Shown piece by piece: positions 57,518 to 64,000 of a stretch of DNA of 64,000 nucleotides. A program made the translations under genes and the position numbers. A model generated the notes under the pieces. That model did no database searches. It worked only from the letters and a program-made list of their open reading frames with translations, and had not been told where the DNA came from. This DNA is from Bdellovibrionales bacterium (GTDB lineage: Bacteria > Bdellovibrionota > Bdellovibrionia > Bdellovibrionales > JAMPXM01): NCBI GenBank assembly GCA_043739185.1, contig JAYUEN010000286.1, positions 1 to 64,000 on the forward strand, read 5' to 3'. The first letter of the stretch is position 1. Each line of letters opens with the position of its first letter.

Positions 57518-58801
57518 TTACATCATATCGAGCATCAACGCGCCCGGGTTTTCAATTCGCTGAATAAATGCCTTTAAGAAATGGGCGGCAACTGCACCAT
57601 CAATCAAGCGATGGTCTGCGGTAATCGTAAAATTCATTACTTTGATCACATCAAGCTTGCCATCTTTAACAATGGGCTTTTCAGTAATCTTATACATTCC
57701 TAGTATAGCCACCTCTGGATGATTGATGATCGGGGTCGCATAAGTCCCGCCAACACTGCCGATATTTGTTATTGTAATCGTTGCATGTTTCATTTCTTCA
57801 AGTGCTAATTTGCCATCACGAGCTTTTTTCGAAAGCTCAATGATCTCGCGACTGAGGTGAAGAATACTTTTGTGATCGGCATCCTTTATGACGGGCACCA
57901 ACAAGCCATTTGGTGTATCTGCTGCAAATCCTAAATTAAAATATTTTTTATAAACAATCTCACTAGAGGCATCGTCTATGCTCGCATTGAATTGTGGGAA
58001 CTCACGAATCGTTGCAATCATTGCCTTCATTACAAATGGTAAATAGGTTACTTTTACATTTTGTTTTTCAGCAATGGCCTTAAGCTCCTCTCGCATTTTA
58101 AAAAGTGCTGTGACATTGGCTTCATCCATCAAGGTAAAGTGCGGGATGATGTGTTTTGCCATTTGCAAATTTTCAGCAATCTTCTTGCGAATTCCGCGAA
58201 GTGGAATGCGTTCTTCAAGTTGTGCCTGGTTACTTGTATAAGCAGGCTTCATCATAGGAGTTCCTGCAGAGGTTGCACCAGATCCCTTGGTACTCAAAAC
58301 ATCTTCTCGCGTGACTCGGCCTGCGATACCGGAACCGCGCAGAGAATTGATATCCACTTCCATTTCGCGCGCCAGTCTTCGCGTTGCTGGCGTCGCAAGA
58401 ATATTTGAACTCGCTGCTGGAGGATAAACATCCATGCCTGTTGTCGTTTGAGCAGGGGTAGTTGCCGACTGCGCTTTAGCCGGAGCCGCAGCCATAACCG
58501 GAGCCTGCGCAGTTGGTGGCGCCTTAGCGACCGGCACGGAGGCCGCTTTCGAAGCCCCTGCTTCTAAATCCAAAACCATCATGGTGATTCCGACTTTAGC
58601 AACATCGCCCTCTTTTAATTTGAATTCTTTGACAATACCGGCAACCGGCGTTGGCACTTCAACACTGGCTTTGTCAGTCATAATTTCGGCGATTGCTTGA
58701 TCTGCCGCAACCTTGTCGCCAATCTTTACCAGCCACTTGATCATTTCACCTTCGGTGACGCCTTCTCCGAGCTCAGGAAGTTGAATTTCTTTGAGTGCCA
58801 T
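57518..58801 (-). CDS. Dihydrolipoamide acyltransferase (E2) of a 2-oxoacid dehydrogenase complex
   Basis: Single lipoyl domain MTDKA, E3-binding ATPATRRLARE, catalytic DHRLIDG. Confidence 0.95.
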   Translation of the reverse strand: MALKEIQLPELGEGVTEGEMIKWLVKIGDKVAADQAIAEIMTDKASVEVPTPVAGIVKEFKLKEGDVAKVGITMMVLDLEAGASKAASVPVAKAPPTAQAPVMAAAPAKAQSATTPAQTTTGMDVYPPAASSNILATPATRRLAREMEVDINSLRGSGIAGRVTREDVLSTKGSGATSAGTPMMKPAYTSNQAQLEERIPLRGIRKKIAENLQMAKHIIPHFTLMDEANVTALFKMREELKAIAEKQNVKVTYLPFVMKAMIATIREFPQFNASIDDASSEIVYKKYFNLGFAADTPNGLLVPVIKDADHKSILHLSREIIELSKKARDGKLALEEMKHATITITNIGSVGGTYATPIINHPEVAILGMYKITEKPIVKDGKLDVIKVMNFTITADHRLIDGAVAAHFLKAFIQRIENPGALMLDMM

Positions 58802-58811
58802 ATTTTCTCCT

Positions 58812-59741
58812 CTAAAAATGACTAATTTGCTTATCTTCTTTATTTGAATCTAATTCTTGTTTTTCAATTACGCCCTTCATAAAAAACTCTCCCGCACGAT
58901 ATGAGCTTCGCACCAGTGGGCCACTGGCTACATACAAAAAGCCTAAAGATTCAGCTGTCTTTTGCCAATTTACAAACTCCTCGGGTGCTATATATCGCTT
59001 GAGTTTAATGTGCCGCTTTGTTGGTTGCAAATATTGACCAAAGGTAACGATATCACAACCAGCAGATCGCAAATCTTTTAGAGTCTGAAGTACTTCGTCG
59101 GGCTGTTCGCCCAATCCGAGCATAATTGATGATTTGGTGTATTTTTTTGGATCTATTTTTTTTACAAAAGACAATACCTTCATCGTTTGTTGGTATGTGG
59201 CCCGTGGATCTCGCACCGCTGGCGTTAGTCGCTCAATAGTTTCAACATTGTGTGCAAAGACATGTGGGCCCGAGCGAACTACAAGCTCAATGCAAGCTTC
59301 ATCCCCTCTGAAATCGGGGGTCAAAATTTCAACAATTAATTTTTTATCATTGGCGCGAATGCTGCGAATTGTACGAGCAAAATGTTCCGCTCCCTGATCT
59401 AAAAGATCATCTCGATTGACCGAAGTGATCACGACATACTCTAAACCCATTTGAGCGATGGCATAGCCCACTTTTTCAGGCTCATCATTGTCGATGGCAC
59501 CTTTGGGATTGCCGGTTTTGACATTGCAAAATCGACAGCCACGAGTACAAACTTCGCCCATGAGCATAAAAGTTGCGGTTCCACCGCTCCAACATTCAGC
59601 TATATTGGGGCAACGTGCTTCCTGGCAAACCGTAGCAAGTTTGAGCTGGCCAAGCATATCTTTTATTCGCAGATAATTTTCGCCGCTCGGCGCTTTTACC
59701 TTTAGCCATTCAGGTTTAATTAATTTTTCTTCAGTTGCCAT
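58812..59741 (-). CDS. lipA: Lipoyl synthase
   Basis: VCQEARCPNIAEC, CTRGCRFC, HNVET, PLVRSSY. Confidence 0.97.
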   Translation of the reverse strand: MATEEKLIKPEWLKVKAPSGENYLRIKDMLGQLKLATVCQEARCPNIAECWSGGTATFMLMGEVCTRGCRFCNVKTGNPKGAIDNDEPEKVGYAIAQMGLEYVVITSVNRDDLLDQGAEHFARTIRSIRANDKKLIVEILTPDFRGDEACIELVVRSGPHVFAHNVETIERLTPAVRDPRATYQQTMKVLSFVKKIDPKKYTKSSIMLGLGEQPDEVLQTLKDLRSAGCDIVTFGQYLQPTKRHIKLKRYIAPEEFVNWQKTAESLGFLYVASGPLVRSSYRAGEFFMKGVIEKQELDSNKEDKQISHF

Positions 59742-59832
59742 AATGACAGAATTCTAGACCCTTTTTAGCACTTCGTCACGAGGAGAAATTCGCTATCGAA
59801 AGACTGAAATACAAAGTGCTCACTCTAAACAT

Positions 59833-59857
59833 AAAAAAAGGGACCAAAAGGTCCCTT
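59833..59857 (-). terminator. Intrinsic terminator of the DsbA-like gene
   Basis: Minus strand AAGGGACC-TTTT-GGTCCCTT followed by a T run, 30 nt after the stop. Confidence 0.8.
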
Positions 59858-59887
59858 ATAAAAACAGAATTTAGGTGTTTTCGTAGA

Positions 59888-60667
59888 CTATGAGCCCTTC
59901 AATTGGCGCTCAATAATTTTTTTGAATTCATCAATTGGGTAAGCACCCTTTAAGGAAATTCCGTTAACAAGGTAGCCTGGAGTTCCGCTGAATCCAAACT
60001 TTTCGAATTCCTTTTGATCTTCATCGATACGCTTTTTTACTTCGTCACTTTGAACATCTTTATCGGTGATTTTAAGACCCAATTTTTTAACTGCGGCTTT
60101 CAGAAAAGCTTCGCCTTTTTCAGTAAGCTCTTGCTGATGTTCAAAAATATAATCGTGTAGCTCATTTGCCTTGCCAGGTTGCTTAATGGCTACTGCTTCA
60201 TAATATTGAGAAGCAATCATGGCATTTGGATGAATGCGAACGATCGGCGCATCTTTAAAAATAACTTTCACTTTATCAGGATATTCTTCTATCACTTTTT
60301 TCATTGTAGCATATCCACGGCTGCAATAAGGACACTGAAAGTCAGAGTATTCTATGATTGTAATGGTAGCGGCCTTATTACCTTTAATCGCGCGATTTTC
60401 ACCAATAACTGGCTTCTTCGGATTTTTGTACTCTTCTTCTCGAGCCTTAATTTCTTCTTCTTGATATCTTTGCTCTTCAACTTGACGGGCCTTTTGAGCT
60501 GCCTCATTGACCACTTTCATGAACTTATCTGGATTCTTTTCGATCACACTAAACATGATGTCTGGGTTATCTTCCATCACTTTTTTTAATTGGGTAGCAG
60601 ACGGTGCACAGGCAGATAATGCCAAGGCAACCAAAGTAAATCCGAGCGGTAAACTAAACTTTTTCAA
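59888..60667 (-). CDS. DsbA/BdbD-like thioredoxin-fold lipoprotein
   Basis: Probable TTG 60667 (GGAGG RBS); lipobox LSAC; EYSDFQCPYC; GTP cis-Pro loop. Confidence 0.9.
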   Translation of the reverse strand: MKKFSLPLGFTLVALALSACAPSATQLKKVMEDNPDIMFSVIEKNPDKFMKVVNEAAQKARQVEEQRYQEEEIKAREEEYKNPKKPVIGENRAIKGNKAATITIIEYSDFQCPYCSRGYATMKKVIEEYPDKVKVIFKDAPIVRIHPNAMIASQYYEAVAIKQPGKANELHDYIFEHQQELTEKGEAFLKAAVKKLGLKITDKDVQSDEVKKRIDEDQKEFEKFGFSGTPGYLVNGISLKGAYPIDEFKKIIERQLKGS

Positions 60668-60823
60668 GCGATCCTCCAGGTTCAAAACTTTTGTTTCGTA
60701 ATAACTTCAGAAGCTTGATACTGCCATAGGACTTGCTTTCTGCTAAATAAAAAACGCGCCTAACCCATCGCATCCTCTAGAGCTTTTGTTGCAGGAGCCA
60801 AAGCTCATTGCTAGAGTTTTGTC

Positions 60824-61450
60824 ATGAAACAAAAAAAGCTTTCGATCTTCTTCATATTAAGTTTACTTTTCGTATTGCTTTCAGGCCCTATCGCGCATGC
60901 ACGGCTCGAAATTACAGCTTCTGATTTGCTGCTTAAGAATTCCGAGCAGTTTAGCGACATAGTTCGAAGAAAAATTAAGAAAGCTCAAGACATACAGGCC
61001 AAGCAAGAAATTGAAGTTAATGACAAAGGCGAGATTTTTGCTGAACCTGAAGCCGTATCTTCGCTTCGAGATGCAATGCGAATAATCTTGTCTCGACCCG
61101 ATCAAGATGGCGCCAGGTCTAAATTGTTCAATAAAGTACGTCAGGAACTAAATGATCTACACTCCTTCGATCAAGCCTTAGTTGATATTATTAATGAGTC
61201 CTGTGCTGGACTTAAATCGCAGAGCATCAACATTAAATTTGAAGAAACTTATCTGGTGATCGTCGATAATTTTTTAAGCGAAGTTCGGCCAGAAGTGGGA
61301 AATAATGCCAACTTTAAGACTTTGGTCGAAAAGATTCGTGATTCAGATATACATGCTTCAGAAAAAATGAAGGGCCCAAATCGCAGTATTTCAATCAATG
61401 CCAATCCTTCAAAATCAGCCGCCGAGATTTTAGGCTCCAAAAAGAAGTAA
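60824..61450 (+). CDS. Hypothetical secreted alpha-helical protein
   Basis: 208 aa; signal peptide ending AHA. Confidence 0.75.
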   Translation: MKQKKLSIFFILSLLFVLLSGPIAHARLEITASDLLLKNSEQFSDIVRRKIKKAQDIQAKQEIEVNDKGEIFAEPEAVSSLRDAMRIILSRPDQDGARSKLFNKVRQELNDLHSFDQALVDIINESCAGLKSQSINIKFEETYLVIVDNFLSEVRPEVGNNANFKTLVEKIRDSDIHASEKMKGPNRSISINANPSKSAAEILGSKKK

Positions 61451-61621
61451 AGACGCAAACCTAGACCTTAGCCTAAACCTCGGGTCGGGGCACCGCCCTA
61501 AATAGACTCTCCCAATGCCCTTGTATCGCCGATAAGAGAGCAACGCAGTTTGGTTCGTATTTCTCTTTTGAAAAGCAGAAATAGACGAACCAGCAAACAC
61601 CCTTTACGGAGAGCTTTTAGG

Positions 61622-62134
61622 TTGAGCGAACTCACTCAAAGAAAAATTATCGGCTGGACGCTTGCCTTAGTCCTCGCCCTTGGCGGTATTGAGATTCGAT
61701 TATTTCTCATGCCCCCCTCTACCGTTGCAAAGGCTCTTGCAATGGCTCATAAATCTCGGTTGCCTGCAGGCGTTTCAAAAGGAAGTTTAAGTGAACGCGT
61801 TTTGGTCGATGTCGCCGACGAAATTTTAGATTTCAAATTGAGTTGCAATCGTAAATTAACCCAAATTAATGCCGGAGACGCCAGACAGATAAGAGTGCAT
61901 TACGAGGCCTGTACAAAAGAAGATGACGGCTATAGACTTTCAAGTATTGTGAATGAGACCAATCACTATCAAGCAACCATTTTTGATTTAGACAGCAGCA
62001 AACAAACTTCAGACTTCATCCCATTAAAAGAGGGCAGCAATCATATTAAAATGAAGCTTACCAATGGCGAAAAACAAACCAGCGAACAAGAATATGTTTT
62101 CAATCGATCAATGGCTAAAAGCCCGGTGCATTGA
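61622..62134 (+). CDS. Hypothetical membrane-anchored protein with beta-rich C-terminal domain
   Basis: Probable TTG 61622 (GGAGAG RBS); N-terminal TM; SDFIPLKEGSNHI. Confidence 0.65.
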   Translation: MSELTQRKIIGWTLALVLALGGIEIRLFLMPPSTVAKALAMAHKSRLPAGVSKGSLSERVLVDVADEILDFKLSCNRKLTQINAGDARQIRVHYEACTKEDDGYRLSSIVNETNHYQATIFDLDSSKQTSDFIPLKEGSNHIKMKLTNGEKQTSEQEYVFNRSMAKSPVH

Positions 62135-62321
62135 GTTCTTAAGTTTCATTCAAAGACTCAAGCTCGATTTCATCGCGGAGGAAGTTCACTTACCGCTTTT
62201 TGTCCTCCTTTTTGTTTTTCTAGACCCCTCGAAAACTTCCTCATTCCACCCGAAGTTTCTATGCCAAAACAGGCCATTCATCTGGCTTCAATCTTACGCC
62301 TTTTCTGATAAAATTAAGCTT

Positions 62322-63482
62322 ATGAAACTCAGCTTTCTTTTGATGCTTTTATTTTTTTCCGCACTTTGCAGAGCCTTCGAACTAGAAATTGTCAGTAGCG
62401 TTTCTCTTCGAAAGAGCCCAAATTTTATCGGTTATTCTAATTTGGCCGGACAAATACAAAAGGGCTCGATTGCGGAAGTTGTAAATGAGAGACTTCTGCC
62501 GAGCGGAAACAAGGCGTATGAAATCAGTCTCGATAGCATCAAACCAAAATCTGGTTTTCAATCCTCATTGAGTGCGAAAACTCTTTGGCTTTACGGAAGT
62601 CAAAAATTCGTAAAAGAAAATAGTAACAGGTTGCTTGAGGCAAGAGCGGCCTGTACAAATTGCGCGAAATCTCAACCAGCATCTACACGGGCATTGGCGG
62701 ACGTGACTGCAAGTTTAGAAAATAAGTTCAACTCACCTCAGCTTTCTATTGATGCGCAAACCCTAGTTAAAGCCCTGTCTAAACAGGGAATAGAATGCGA
62801 TTTGAATGAGGACAGTTTACAAATTCGTGGCATTCAATGCAAAGGACGAATGAGCTCATATCCAGAGCCAGTTCGATTTTATATTCCAACGAATTTTGTT
62901 AAAAATGGTGAAAATACCTTAAATTTTTTCTTTCATGGATATGAAACAAAGGCCGACGTCTATCGTATCAATACAAACGACACAAACGGAGGCGGCGACT
63001 TTGGAGCCCGATTGGCAGAGGCGAAGGTAAATAACCAAATCATCGTTGTCCCAGAAAGCCGCGGTCGAGGGGTAACTTATGAGAAGTTCAGTGACGGAAC
63101 TGGTAAGTTCTTTGAAAATTTTAAAGATCAAATCGTTAATATCACAGACACTCCATTTTCGAAAATGACTTTTGCTGCTCATAGCGGGGGTTATTTGCCT
63201 GTAACTGCTCTACTTGGTTATCCAAAAATAGCGGATACTGTTAAAAAAATTGCTATGTTTGATTCAACCTATTTGGGCTCTTTGCCCATTACGAGTTGGA
63301 TAAATAAATACCCTGATACACATGCGCAAGTTTCATGGACTACCACCGGCGAGGTCGTTGCGAAAACCAAGATTTTTGTGTCTAAAGTTGAACGAAAGGG
63401 CCAATTACAGTTGGTTGCTTCGAGTGGTACTCATATGGGCGATATTAAAGACGGTGGATATTCAGATTTTTTGAAAGACTAA
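62322..63482 (+). CDS. Secreted protein: SH3b-like domain, CxxC linker, alpha/beta-hydrolase-like domain
   Basis: Probable ATG 62322; signal ending CRA; VSLRKSP...IQKGSIAEV; CTNC; FFFHG, AHSGG, MFDS. Confidence 0.7.
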   Translation: MKLSFLLMLLFFSALCRAFELEIVSSVSLRKSPNFIGYSNLAGQIQKGSIAEVVNERLLPSGNKAYEISLDSIKPKSGFQSSLSAKTLWLYGSQKFVKENSNRLLEARAACTNCAKSQPASTRALADVTASLENKFNSPQLSIDAQTLVKALSKQGIECDLNEDSLQIRGIQCKGRMSSYPEPVRFYIPTNFVKNGENTLNFFFHGYETKADVYRINTNDTNGGGDFGARLAEAKVNNQIIVVPESRGRGVTYEKFSDGTGKFFENFKDQIVNITDTPFSKMTFAAHSGGYLPVTALLGYPKIADTVKKIAMFDSTYLGSLPITSWINKYPDTHAQVSWTTTGEVVAKTKIFVSKVERKGQLQLVASSGTHMGDIKDGGYSDFLKD

Positions 63483-63500
63483 AAAATAAGTTTTCATCTT

Positions 63501-64000
63501 TCAAAACGCAAGACTCATTCCTGCCAAATAAAGTGTTTCACGTACGGAAGCACCCGTATCGCCCGTACAGCCCGAGACCGTATAACTTGTTACCAAAGAC
63601 CGAGTTAGTCTTTTTGTAACAATTCCGGCAATCTTTTGATCTAACGCCAAGTAGCGCGCCTCAAGTCCGACCGTAGGACTCTGAGTTCTGGTAATTGAAA
63701 ACAATCTTTCATTCTGAGAAAAGGTAATTTTAGTATTGAACCATGGTGCTCTCGCCATCACATCTATCAGATTGCCAGGGAGAGAATATTTGATATCAAA
63801 TTTAACTTCCTGAACTTCAACTTTCACATTACTCAAGCGCTCTTTCGCTTCATAAACGGGGCGCATTTGAGGATCACTCTTTAAATAATTATCGGCATGA
63901 TATTCAACGAGTCTTGCCATCATATAGTTTCCAAATTCACGCTTTTGATCATCAACCTGCGCGGGAGTTCCCTGTAAAGTATAAAGATCGTCGTAATAAG
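63501..64000 (-). CDS. Hypothetical protein (3' part; start outside window), possible beta-barrel end
   Basis: Frame is open from the window end to the stop at 63501; ends LAGMSLAF. Confidence 0.65.
   Translation of the reverse strand, partial: YYDDLYTLQGTPAQVDDQKREFGNYMMARLVEYHADNYLKSDPQMRPVYEAKERLSNVKVEVQEVKFDIKYSLPGNLIDVMARAPWFNTKITFSQNERLFSITRTQSPTVGLEARYLALDQKIAGIVTKRLTRSLVTSYTVSGCTGDTGASVRETLYLAGMSLAF

Noticed and set aside
55344..59741. Absence of E1 genes from the lipA-E2-E3-lipB operon as a novelty
   Set aside because: Split 2-oxoacid dehydrogenase loci are common; E1 is probably elsewhere.
61528..61535. Perfect GCCGATAA upstream of the 61622 gene
   Set aside because: No -35 match at 15-nt spacing (CTCC); possible but unsupported.

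Overview
AT-rich bacterial chromosome segment, very probably from a predatory Bdellovibrionota (Bdellovibrio-like) genome. This rests on a TIGR02147/DUF4423 HTH protein, FQNC-type lipoproteins, and a divIVA-proC-yggS-maf block divergent from a tadC/FHA cluster. Housekeeping genes (partial flagellin, thyA-folA, gcdH, thiolase, purD, glmU-glmS, tsaA, valS, lipA-E2-lpdA-lipB, DsbA-like) alternate with many orphan secreted or lipoprotein genes. No rRNA, tRNA, CRISPR array, transposase or prophage was recognised. The most interesting signals are non-coding. (1) A 76-bp block-conserved element occurs twice, exactly 1300 bp apart, on either side of the DUF4423 regulator. Each copy has a 12-7-12 inverted repeat and a good -10 with a poor -35, and precedes an unrelated secreted-protein gene. 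(2) Sigma54-type -24/-12 boxes sit 30-54 nt before several orphan secreted-protein genes, most with an RTCTCA-N3-TGAGAY-like motif at enhancer distance, and a FleQ-like enhancer-binding protein is encoded nearby. Other candidate systems: a DUF4105 (Lnb-like) barrel protein with two DUF3015 proteins and a hydrolase; a TadC-DUF192-3xFHA-pseudoPP2C operon; and a Pro-stalk His/Asp-rich lipoprotein. All family calls come from motif reading and memory, not database searches.
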